DNA of 64,000 nt from the NCBI GenBank assembly GCA_043228905.1, contig JBHGNT010000003.1, forward strand, positions 17,050,001 to 17,114,000, given 5' to 3'. The notes under the pieces are model-generated. The model was not told the DNA's origin. It worked only from the letters and a program-made list of their open reading frames with translations, and did not search any database. Positions 38,401 through 51,094 of the stretch are shown here, one piece after another. The translations under genes and the position numbers were made by a program. The stretch comes from Azolla caroliniana. Lineage: Eukaryota; Plantae; Polypodiophyta. Position 1 is the stretch's first letter; the number at the start of each line of letters is the position of its first letter.

Positions 38401-39084
38401 GCCTGATGCTATTAGTCACACTTCAGTGAATAGTATCTGCGACAAAAAACAGTATCATTTAAACATTACCCACAACATCTACTCCAAGTCCAATATTAGG
38501 GCTTGAATAATATTCACCTTCTTTAAACTATCTTGAATGTCGCAGCAAGTGAAGTTTAATTGATGAAATACATGCTCAATTGATGAAAAAGTTACATTTA
38601 CATCAAAGAGGAGATCATTTGATATTCAAGTAGTATCACAATCTCCTCACCGTTGAGGTTCTTTATCACTCACAAAACTAATCCTAAACTTAAGTTCTAA
38701 AACCATGTCATAGCTTGAAATAGCTTGTGTATAATTTACTCTTTCAATTCCTTTTTCAAGCTAGACATATACATATTAATCATTAAAATCCTTCACACCA
38801 GGTAAGGGGAAAAATTACCAAAAGATGATATCATGTGAGGCCATAACATTTGCCTATATATATATGGCACAACATGCGTTTGTTTTTTGCCCCTTGTGTG
38901 CCGGATTTGAGCTCTCAATACAATGCCGAGTAAATCTTTCGAGCACAAAAAATCAGGTGAGCCAGAATTAATTAACAGACACCCCCCCCCCCCCCTCTCT
39001 CTCTTTAAAGTCGAAACTAGTCCTCTCTTTTTTAAGTATTGCTCAACTCTGATTTTGGCATTATGCAAGCACAAAAGTGATTTA

Positions 39085-42000
39085 TTAACCACGTCGCCTC
39101 CGGTGCACAGGAGATCTCGAGGCATCCCTCCTAACCAAAAATAAAAATAAAAAGAGAAAACAAGAAAATAGCATTGGTATCATAAAAAGCTGAAAACTGA
39201 ATATATATAAATCACAATTATGATGACTGCTACACTACATAGCAGCAATTCTCCCTTTTTAGATGTCAAAGTTGAGTATAAAAACCTATAAAGCACTCTT
39301 ACCTGGACTTTTCATGAGGGGCATTCCTGCGATGGATATGCTTGGCATGTGGAGAACGACTACGAGAACGCGAAACTCGTCTAACGATGCACATCATGAT
39401 ATACTGAATAAGTCAAACCAAAAACCAAAAACAAAGAAAAGAGAAAAGATGCTTGCCCCATGCTAAATCCTTTTATGACTGCCCTTTGTGTTGTGCATGA
39501 AAAAGACAGATGTCCAAAAATCTTTCATATCCATACATATATACAGACATTATATATTAAGTATTTCAATGCAAGATAAAATCTCAATGGAAGGAGTTTC
39601 AGCAACCTAGCTTCGTGTATATATTAATAAAGAAAACTGAATACCTTCAAAGTTAGAACACACACAAATGGTTAATTGAAACATCATGTATACATACTTG
39701 ATTCTGGATCTTCCAAGAGGTGAAGGCAAGTTACTATGGTGTTCTCTTCTCGAGCTTGAAGTACGCATCCTCCTGTTGAAAATCAATTCCATCCCAATTT
39801 AAGGTCACATTCATAAAACCTCTCAGTTATTAAAAAATAATAATTCAGTCAAACAATTCATACATAATGAATTAATTACCCTCTGCTCTTATCACTACTT
39901 GATGAAGAGCTTGCACTACCAGAGGATGATGACCTATGGTGCACTTTCTTGTCGATGCTTTCTACATTCCTTGGCCGCCCATTCCTTTCCTTCTTCGCAT
40001 CCCGTTCCTTCTTCTCTTCCTGTTCCTTCTTCTCATACTTCCTCTTATCTCTATCATAGTCTTTATCCCGAGACTTTGTTTTCTCTTTTCCCCTTTCCTT
40101 TCTTTTATCTCTACTGGGATCTCTAAGCCTCTCCTCAATTCTTTCAGCTTTTGGTTCTCTACAATCTTCTCGCTTTTTTTCTTTCACTGACAAATCCTTT
40201 TCCTTGACCAACAAATCCTTTTTCTTAACAGATGAAGAATCCTTTTCCTTCTTTCCCTCATTTCTCTTTTCGTCCTTTTTCTTATCCTTAACAGACAAAT
40301 CATCACTTGCATTCTCCAGCTTTCTTAGAGAACCAGGTGTCTTACTAATACCAGAAGAGCCCAGATCCTGACCCAAAGCTAACCTCATATTTGACTTTGT
40401 CTCATTTCTATCTTGTTCTTGTTCTATAGTTGAAGCAATCTTGGTAGCGCGTTCAGATGATCTATTTTTAGAACTAAAACTAGCTTCTTGGGTGTTAGTC
40501 TCGTTATGTGCATTTTGATCTTCAGACAAAAGGATTCTTCTGCCATTCTGATCATCTCCTCCACTGCTTTGTTCCAAGAATGCAGCATCTTCCTGATCCC
40601 GTGCACGTTTCTTCTTGCTAATGCCAACTTCGTTCTCTGTTCTCTTTTCCACTTCATTTTTCTTAGAATCCGATTCCATTTCCTGCTTCACATCAGGTAT
40701 CTGAATACTATGTTGAAATATTGGATCTGCTATTCCAGATTGAGCATCTCCCTTCAATATACCCTGATTTGAATCACCATCTAGATTTCCATGTTCCTGT
40801 TTCTTCTCTGTTTCAGTTTCTCTAGAACTATCTAGATATTTATCACTCTTAGTGTCCTCAGAATTCTGTATCTCCTCATCATCTGAAGCATAATTTCCAA
40901 GACCGAGAACATCACCTCCCGGTGCACCAGATTCTGAACTTTCCCTGTTTTCATCGCTATCATTTGCCACATGGCCCTTTACGGAAGGTACTAAAACCCT
41001 ACCAGACAACGAAGAGACACCACTATCTAGAGCAGCTGATATATGACCTGTTCTTCTACCTTGATCAACAGAATCTCTATCTGCAATAATATAAAGGATT
41101 ATTGGAACCACATTAAACTATAGATATTTGCACCGAAACAGATAAGAGAAGTGCAGTTTTGCCTTGAATAATATCATTATCATCCTCATCCAATATTTCT
41201 TGTGCTATCTCATCGAAAAGATCTCCAGTGACCTATGTAACATCCCATCTATTTTCAGAAAACCAAACATTTTGCCTGCAGGAATCACTCGTAATCAACA
41301 CGTAATACCTTCAGGAGCACTTCAGTCAACAATCTCTTTATCTCCTGATTAATTGCAGCTGTTCTTGCAGCTTCAATTTCTTCCTGGCACAACCATCAAC
41401 GGACCAGTTCCAACATTAGAGACAGAAGTATGTATTATGGTGTTTGAATATTAAAGGTCCAATATAAGCGCCAAATGGACACCATCCATTCTGCTGCTGC
41501 AAAAATGCTATTCCACAAGAAAACATCACCACACAAAGTTTACATTTCACGCTGGTTTACTGGAGAGTGGTACAACGCAGCATACTGATACTGAAGTAGG
41601 TGATACATGCACCCAAATGTGTCACCCAAGGGTTGAATGATAAGACTGATATAGGCTTACTCACAACCCAAGATCTGAATTATTTCGTAATTGCTCTCTT
41701 TTGCTTATACAGACACATAATTGTTATTGGCTTGTCTTCTATAAATGTAACAAGCTGTCCTTTCATTTAGTTTAATTACACAGGCACAGACAAATAAACT
41801 TAGATGATGCAACGATATCCTGCTATCCTAAGACCAGGTAAGTATAACACATCTCCCACATGGTGAGGTGGGCATATGGTTAAATGTAATGTATTAAATT
41901 ATGAACCCTACAGCGGCAATGACAATATCAACTGCTGCACATCAAATGCTTTATGAATATACGTCCACTTTCAATGCACTGATAAGAGTATTCATTATTG

Positions 42001-45000
42001 GGATCACAGCATAAAGCTTAAACTATAACCCTGCAACACAGCTTCCAAAATCTTCCACCAATAAAGTGATGTAGCGATGAGTTTATTAGCATACCTCTTG
42101 ATCTTCCTCTTCATCATCACTCAAACCAGGTGATCTGCCTCTTATTTTATCAGAGATACCAAGCCTTTGATTTGAAGGAATGATGGATTCTCCATCATTT
42201 CCCTGACTGTGTTCATCTGACAATAGCATACCTGTACCTGTGCCAGGGACATTCCCCGTGAGTCCAGCTGCTTTCTTCTTCATTATTTCCTCTCTTAGCC
42301 ATGATGGCACAGCTGCCTGTCAAAAAATACAACAACCCGGAAGAGAGAATGTTCAAATGTCAATGTCTCTAAAAGACTATAATTGACTACGTTTACTAGT
42401 CGATCAGAGCAACAAAAGGGGGAAAAAACCAACTCAAGAGATTCTCTATTTACCTTTTTAGGACGTTCTGGATAGGCAGTATCTGGCAAGAAAACCGGTC
42501 GTAAAGGTGCACCTGGACCTGGCCCAAGTGATGGGCCAACTCCACCTACAAAAGGTGGAAAACCTAACCCTTGTGCATCAGGTCGTCCATACAAGGGCAT
42601 ACCCATCTGAGGTGGATGAAGAGGATCAAACTGCAGAATACGCCATAAAATATGAAAACCAGATAGGGATGATCCCATTTGTCAAGTCACTTACAAACTT
42701 TGTGCCACATTCGTCGTGTCAACTTAATCATGTCTCATGAGGTAGATATTGAAAATTGAATAATTACCCGCAACTTTTAGAAAATTCATGGTGTATACCT
42801 GAGCAGTAACAGGACCCATAGCAGGGGGGAAGGGCATACCAGGACCTCCAACCGGAGCCCAATTCTGCAGAGAGGCTGGAGACAGACCAAACTCTCCTTC
42901 GTGAGCTTCGACTACCACTGGCAGTTGATACTGTGGGAGAGGTGGTTGCGGCGGTTGTTGATGGTAATTCGAAGGTGGTTGCTGTGGATGTTCATAAACA
43001 TGGGGCATTGGCTTGTCAGTATAGCTAAATCGCGGTTGAGATGACAAAGGTGATGCCTGACTTTGATGCAATAAATGACTTGCCGATTGAATATGCATTT
43101 GAGCTGAGCCTTGTTGTGAAGGTAGTTGATGTACTGAATCAAGGCTGTCAGTACCCGGTGGACCTGTTGTAAAATGAGGTATTCAATTTTGCATTATTGC
43201 AAGCATTATTCATAATGTGGGTTCCTATTTGCAACAAGAAAATCTACCTATACATGCGTGGAAATCCATATCATCGGATTTTTTTATCTTAATTTAGTAA
43301 TATCAATAATACCTTGTTATTCATAATCATCAGTACTTCATTGGAACAGTATAGAATATTAACCTATCATGCTCTAGACTCATCATCAGAAGGCCATGGT
43401 CTTATGTCACTAGATTCTCAATTTACACAAAAATAAACTATCTAATAGATTTGGCATGGCAATAAACTAGACTCAGTATGATAACGGGCATGAATTGCAA
43501 TGGAAAATAGTTATTAATTGGTGATGTTGCTTAAAACCATCTACAAGTACTCAATACCATTAAGGTTGATGCCAAAATATTAAGCCCATTTAAAGTTCAA
43601 ATTTGGGGGTGATAATTTAAAATGGCAAGGGATATTTTGATAAACTTAGAAGCATCAAATTAAATCTGTAAAAACGTTAGGGTTGTAATGGTGTCCTCCT
43701 TGTAAAAATATCATCCAGAAAGGTACCATTTAGAGGAGACAATTCAGTTAAAATGTACACAGATTCTAATTCCAGAACACAGTAGTTAAAACTATAAAAT
43801 AACAGATGTTCTAACAATTGCAATAATCTAAATTATAGAAAGGTAAACTGAAACATTATCCCAGTATAGGAAGTATACAAGAGTTTTAAAATATTTCCAA
43901 CAATAACCTATAGAACAAGACAACTTAAAATTAACTAGACAAAAAAACAGAATAATGAAAAGACAAAGTGAGAAAGACAAAACTTCTTTTGTCTACTAGT
44001 CTAAATAGGACAAGGCATGTAGCTCCAATAATGATTCCCTACCATTTTCTGGCTAACCTAAACAGAACATTCAAGTGATAAGAATATTTCCACCTGCCGT
44101 CCAGAAGAGATCTGCTGTCATAATTAACCTGAATTTCATTTATTAGATGTGGTGACTGTCTACCTGACACAGATTTTCGGTCAGATCCATCGATGCTTGG
44201 TTCCAACATAATCAATGGCTTCTCAAACCCCTGTCTTGGAGGAGGATTATGTTCACCAGATTCCTGATGTTTTTTTTCTTCCATGTGGTGTTCATCTTGT
44301 TGCTTATGCTGGCCATAGTCTGGATATGGTTGAATGGCAGCTGGGGCTGGACTAGGTTCATCCTGGACAACTTTCGAAGCAGCCCAAGCACGAGCTTTTG
44401 CTGCCCAAACTTCCTCCTGGCTTAAGTCAATATTTGGGGCTGAAAAAAGTTGGTACAGAATTAAGATAAAAGGATTTCACCAGACAACAATTATGTGCAT
44501 AAAGGGTAGTTCAACATACACTTTATAAAAATATATCTGTGTACATGTATATGTAATATTTACAAATATACACATATCATGTAACATACATGCTTGCATG
44601 AAGGTATTCTGACCTGGGTAAGACCACTGTTGCTGGTTCCAGACACTGTTATTATTGCCAGCCTGCCAAGCCTGAAATATGGAGATGACTGACTAAAATA
44701 TTGATCGAAATCTTGAACTTGCTAGTGGGAAAATATTTATTAAGGCACCCAAAATGGGCATAATATATACAATTTCAACTAAATTCCTATAAACTCTGTG
44801 ATATTTTCTCGTAATTTCCTTCATTAAATAAAACTCAACTTAAAAAATATTTCTGATATTGAAGTTTGGCACTTTAATGTGAATCCAGATGTAAGGTTTC
44901 AACCAAAAACTTTGAATTGACAGATGAATTTCAATATAGTTTCTTATCATTACATAATTATTAGCTTATATATACTTTTTGCAACTTTGGGTATTCCATC

Positions 45001-45838
45001 GAACTTCAATTTGCAATCATACTCCTATGCTCTTACTTTTCTTGAAACAAAGCAAAACTGAAGTCAATATGAAGGACATTCCTGATCTTTTGACCAAAAA
45101 CCCAGAATTGGTTTTGAATGGGCAATTAAATGCCCCAAATGAGTTTCAAACATAAGCATGGACTTTCTTAAAAACATGCATGAATAACACAAATATTAAG
45201 ACATAGCTAATCTTGGTGACCGCAAACTTAAGTTGAGTTTCAAACACCATTTTTTAAACCCGTTTCAAAGTTGAAATAGGTTTCAAATTTAGGCAGTACA
45301 TCTACATCTTTATCTTTCTTTAAATGACACATTTTCCAGGTATAAGGCATACCTGATCTTGTTCAACAAAACTTGTCAAGGGTTCAAGGACATGTTTGGA
45401 AAACATTTGAAAACTAAAGCTAAAGATATGGAGACATACCTGATCTTGTTGGCCATAAGTGTAAGTAAATTGCGGTGGAACAGATGGGTATTGATGATGA
45501 ACTTGCTGTTGTTGGGGATGAGGATAGTAACCTGCTTGATGCTGTTGATATGGAGGAGCTTGAGAATAGCTGAAAGATTGATCTCCTGGAGGAGCCAGAG
45601 GTGCAGGGGACCATGCCATAGCATGATGTTGTTGATGTTGATATTGCTGATGCTGTTGATGTTGATGCTGATGTTGATATTGATGCTCATTTTGTTGTGG
45701 TGGATATTGATGTTGATAATGGTGGTCATGCTGTTCATGCTGTTGCTGTTGATGCGGTTGAGGAATTGATGGAGCTTGATATTGATGAGGATACCATGAC
45801 CCCATGTTCTGTTGTGGCCGGAAAGGAGATTGTTCCAT
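39085..45838 (-). CDS. PNISR: PNISR-like arginine/serine-rich splicing-related protein, multi-exon
   Basis: Q/H/P-rich exon 1 (45440-45838); WAAKARAWAA (~44380-44410); PKKAAVPSWLREEIMKKK (~42270-42460); EEIEAARTAAINQEIKRLLTEVLLK-VTGDLFDEIAQEILDED (41160-41385); K/E/R/D-rich exon 39880-41080; RS-rich tail ending SRSPVHRRRRG* at 39085. Some internal junctions are approximate. Confidence 0.85.
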
Positions 45839-46441
45839 TACTCTTTTTGTTCCACAACACTCGTGAAACCATAAAGCTTCTTCTTAACCCTTTCTTTGTT
45901 TCTTGCACAAAACCCTAACTTTTTCCCTTTTTGATATCTTTAATCCTTGGAGACGACCTGAGAACTCTCAAAAGCGTTTAAATATTGTTTTAATCCTGAG
46001 AACTCCTAAATTATTTTGGTTTATGTCGCAAAACCCTACAGTAACTTTAGGCCTTGTGTTTCTTTGCCACACCTGTCAAGCACTGAACTAAAGTTTTAAG
46101 ATTTGCTCGAGACCTGCGGAACCCAAACGTTTTAAACCGTAGGTTCTGTTTCCTGCGAAACACTAATGTTAGGTTAAGGTGTTCTTTAGTTCCTCGAGAG
46201 AGAGAGAAAACCTAACGATTATTGAGGGCTGTCTTCTCTGAGAACTGTGTAAAGGAACCAAGATGATGACGCCACGGCCTGGTGTTTTGTTTCCTGCGTA
46301 GCCTTCACTGCCTAAGGAATGAATGAATGCCATACACAGTCCTTCCTGATGGTGATGGTGATGGTGATGGAGCTTTCTGTCACATCACAGTCTTTCTTAG
46401 TTAGGGTTTGCTCTTCTTTCTTTCTCTGTTTTTGTCTGGTT

Positions 46442-46477
<36 letters not shown>

Positions 46478-47751
46478 TTTCACCTTGAGCCTGGAATCAT
46501 CCATCTTCCAATCAAAGCATGCCAGGCCAAGCCAAGCCAAGCCAGGGACACTCTCGGTTGATCGATCGATCGGCCGATCATTCGCCACGTTATCCTCCGA
46601 TATATATGTGTATAGAACACTTATCCACGTGTATAGAATACTATGGTAAATTCTCACCACGGGATATTAAATGGTCATGCCCGTAACAATATATGTATAT
46701 ATGAGAGAGTTTGTACCCGTATAAGTAACCCTCGTGTTCCTGGCATTAGTTTTCTCTATTTTCGATATAGTTTAAAGATGTAACAGACCAGCTTGCCGAC
46801 AGTTCCCCACTCCCTTCCAAAATAAATCGTCGATCGCCCTTACCTCCTCTTTCTCGTCGAATCATTTGAAGGTCATCACAACCTCCATCCCTGTAGTATC
46901 CTCTCTCCATGACTTTGATATCGATGGAATCCATCTACATGTTTACCTCGATATCTACCTTTGTTCAAATGGTGTATTTGTAGGTCTCTATTCTATTGAT
47001 GTTCATCCTACCAATCAAACACCATCAGTTTATGAGTGTGCAATCAGCTAATGAGAAGTGTTTGAAATTCATGCATTTTGATGCAGCCACTGCACATGTT
47101 TGAATCTAATGTACGACTCAACTACATTAGGATTTGCATTTGGTACACTTGATTGTGCCACTCGAATATCCAATATATAAATATTCGAATAAGTAGTTAT
47201 GTAGCTTTGTCATTATATGATGATAGTTAGGAATTAGGAAGCTAGTAAATGTCATTCATTGGGTATCTCTCTTGAAGGATATAGAAGCAAAAACAAAGTA
47301 GCAACTTGAATTCTGTTTGTAATTGAAGGATTCATACCAAGGATATCATTGTGTTTGAATATAATGTTGTCTTTAAGTGTTTTGTTAGGATATTGGCAAC
47401 AACATCAATATCATGATCATCTATTATTACACTTCAAAATATTGAACATTCATAGGCGAGGCTCACGAAGAAAAGGACAAAGAAGAGAAATGAAAGCTAA
47501 CATGCGCTTCTAGGCCTTTCAGTTGAGACATGGGGATGTTGTGGTCATACAATGGAGAGGGGTTGAAATAATGAGGGAAAAGATATCATAAAAGACAAGC
47601 TTCACTTTGCATAACACAAATCTTCTGTTAACATTGGATCACAAATTTTAGGATGGTAACTTTATTGATATTCTACATGTATAACACAAAGATTGGGCTC
47701 ATCCACAGAGTGCCCACAAAGAAACTCATGTTTTAATATGAAACTTTATAT

Positions 47752-49000
47752 TGTGGTGTGCATGTGTTCGTTCCTTTGTGCCACCATTTTAGCACACCCT
47801 TTTTAGCTAAGCCAACCCAAACGGGTACCTTTGTATCAATTATAAATTGAGTAAGAAGTAAGAAGCTAACTAGGTTGGTGTTGATCTCTTATGTGCATTT
47901 CACATATTGGTGGAGATGCGGGGTACCAGTTCCCCACGTCCAAGCATCCACCTCTTCCTCCTCACCTTAGGTTGCCCACTAACTTCTTATCCCACGAGTT
48001 TCTCCGATCCCCCTCCTACACGATAGCCTTCTTGTCCCCCACCTCAGCCAAGTCCAGGTGGCCCTCAGTCCACAAGAACGATTGATCTCTATCCGCCTAT
48101 AGCCCTCCTGTCCCCCACCTCAGCCAAGTCTAGGTGGTCCTCAGTCCACAAGAAGGATTGATCCAATTGATCTTTCCCCGATCCCCTTTCGACACGATAG
48201 CCCTCTTGTCCCCCACCTCAACCAAGTCCAGGTGGCCCTTAGTCCACATGGGTGATTGATCTCTATCCACCTATAGCCCTCTTGTCCCCCACCTCAATCA
48301 AGCCCATGTGACCCTCAGTCCACAGGAGGGGTTGATCTCTATCTGTCAATTGTTAGCTCGTTTTCTGTCACTAGCCTCGTCCAACTATTATCTAATCAAG
48401 GCCGCCAATTCCACGAGGATGTCCTCAACGTCATTGCAGCTCAACTAGGTGTCCACTAGGTGTCCAACATGTGCTTAAGTCCCCATACCATCCTCAGACA
48501 AATGGCCTCACCAGACGCCTCAACAAGACCCACAAGAAGGAGATTGCCGCTTACATCGATCCATGCAACAAAACCTGGGATCAAATCTTGCCTTTTGTCA
48601 CCCACTCCTACAATACATTTGTACATGCGTTGACATGGATCGACCTTTTTCGAGCACTCTATGGGCGTAAACCTCACCTCCCACCAGAATTGTCCATTGA
48701 TGTCCATTCAAAACCTGCCAACATGGATAGTGCCACTTGGGGGACTCTATCTCCAACAAATGCTCCCCTCCTTCGACAAGCCACTACTCCTATCCCTGTT
48801 CCTATTCCTGCTCCTACTCCTCAATCTCTTGTTTCTCTCAAGGGGGAAATGTAGTGTGCATGTGTTCCTTTGTGCCACACTTTTAGCACACCCTTTTTAG
48901 CTATAAGCCAACCCAAACGGGTACCTTTGTATCAACTATAAATTGAGTAAGAAGTAAGAAGCTAACTAGGCTGGTTTTGATCTCTTATGTGCATTTCACA
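47752..49000 (+). mobile_element. Small non-autonomous (TRIM-like) Ty3/gypsy derivative
   Basis: TG..CA LTRs at 47752-47904 and 48850-49000; PBS TGGTGGAGATGCGGG (tRNA-Ala-like); PPT AAGGGGGAAA; ATAT on both flanks; integrase fragment SPYHPQTNGLT..WDQILPFVTHSYNT..LYGRKP. Confidence 0.92.
48023..48345 (+). repeat. Four copies of a ~75-95 bp unit inside the TRIM-like element
   Basis: ATAGCC..TGTCCCCCACCTCAGCCAAGTCCAGGTGGCCCTCAGTCCAC..GATTGATC repeated four times. Confidence 0.92.
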
Positions 49001-49099
49001 ATATTACCCCTTCAATAACAATTTTTTGACAAGCATAGATTGAAAAAGAATATGTGCCACTGTTTCTCTCTTGGAGGAGACACTAACTATATATATACA

Positions 49100-50450
49100 A
49101 AATCTATGTCCTACCCTCTCTTAAGGTAGTACTTGATGAGGCTTTTGATAAAATAGAATGAGAGTTCGCCTCACAGAGCCTTAAAGGCATTATATATATG
49201 ATAAAACTTTGCATGGTAGTAAATACCCAAGTTTTTAGAAATTCTACAACCCGTTTTAAATTGATAAATGACTTCCTAAAAATGGACATAACTAACATAT
49301 TAGTATGCCACCCAAAGACATCATACATTACACTCTTGCTTCCATTAAGATCTTTTGGATGCATGGACAATTATTGTATGGTCTTGAAATATACAACAAC
49401 TACATGAAACTTGCTAGCAAGACTTTAATAAATGAATTTTGAACAACTTGAAGTACTAAGCATTCTTTCCAATTTTGGAATCCCTACAAGCTTTGATGAA
49501 AAAGACAAGAGAGTGGGAAATAACTTAATTCCTTGCATTTCTACCAATGCATTATACAATATACTTTAGTCATTTATTTCCTCACATGTTCTAGTGGCCA
49601 ATTAAGTGACATACCTATGATCTCACCACATTGGATAGAAACTTCCTCTTGTTAGGGAGCAAGACCTAGTGCAAAAACTTGAAGGTTTCCTGAAAGAAAT
49701 GGCTCCAATAGTGGGACTAAAGTGCACGATTAGACCTAGCTAGTTGACATAGCATTAACTACATGGATCCTTCTTCACTTTGAAGAGTATTGTGCTTTCT
49801 TCATCCTAGATACTATGAAGAACATTAAACTATAAAAGAATACCCCAAATAGAGGTTTCAAACTTGCATAATTATTCCCAAACCATGAAGATCCACAAAT
49901 TGGATACTACTGTAACTGAATAGTCCCTTCAATGAACTTATGTGGCATCCTTTGATGGAACTCTTGATTATTGGCGGTAATATTGTAATTCATCTATCAA
50001 GGGTCACTTGAAATTCTTCACCTTCATGTGAACTCCTAAATCTAGTAGAATCTTTTTAAGTTGTACAAAAAAGGCCACCTTCTATTCAGCATCAACAATG
50101 TGTTGTTATTTAATGATAGACACGTCAAAATATCAAGCACCCAAACCAACAACACTTAAGATATCATGTGTATTGTTTAAAGATTCTCAACAAAGTGTTG
50201 ATTGGCACTTTTTCTCACCTAAACTAACTTTAGAATCAAAGTTTATCAAACACTTCGTTTTAAGGTTCTTATGCACTCCTCTTGTGGTTGTGCTTTCCCT
50301 CTTGGTTAGGTTGATTATCATATTTACTTAGGGAAGATGTCTTCATGTTGCCAAACGTGCTTGTAACTACACCCTCTTAGCTCAATGACCATAGTAAACA
50401 TCAGATATGCCAAATACAGCTTCACAAATAGTAATGGAAAACAGAACACA
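49100..50450 (-). mobile_element. Possible degenerate LINE RT relic
   Basis: Faint motifs (TRGV, YLGYSF, LVGIP) in LINE order; no ORF. Confidence 0.3.
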
Positions 50451-51094
50451 ATTAAGACAAATGTAAAGAAGATAAAAAAACTAGTCCTTAAAACTTTCCC
50501 ATGAATCTTGGTAACCTCAAACATATCAGATTTCCAAGAGAATTTACAAATGAGTTCCTCTATTGACAATACTATTGACACTTTTTACTTAATATATGTA
50601 TTCAAATTATACATGTGCTATTTCAAATATGAATTATAACCAACATGTTGATATGCATTACTCCCCAGCCATTACAATTACAATACATAAGAAAACATCC
50701 ACAAACCCGTCAAAAGAACTTTCTATGTCCAAAATAAAGATCAATTTGAGTGAGATATACACGAGCCTGAAAGGGTCGCAACTTTCCAACATTTTGAATG
50801 AGATGTAATCTTTTTAACATTTCACAAATTTTAGTTGAAGTTCTTGATGGAAGGTTTAATCTTTTCCAATTATATGAAAAGAAATGATAGGCATGGACAT
50901 TAATTTTGTCCTACAGACTAAAACTTCTATTCATAGTTTTCAAATGGTGATGTTAGAATTTTCTCGTTAACCAAGCTTCCTGCTTGCAACATAAAAGAAC
51001 ATATTTAGCACCCATCTAGAAAAATAGCACTCCAAACTGCACGGCATCTTTCTTTTAACGGATGAGTTTTGGACTATTTTTACGCTCAATTTTA

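Noticed and set aside
48023-48345. CRISPR-like repeat appearance (also 6590-6800 and 12225-12365)
   Set aside because: Eukaryotic TE-internal repeats; no unique constant-length spacers and no cas genes.
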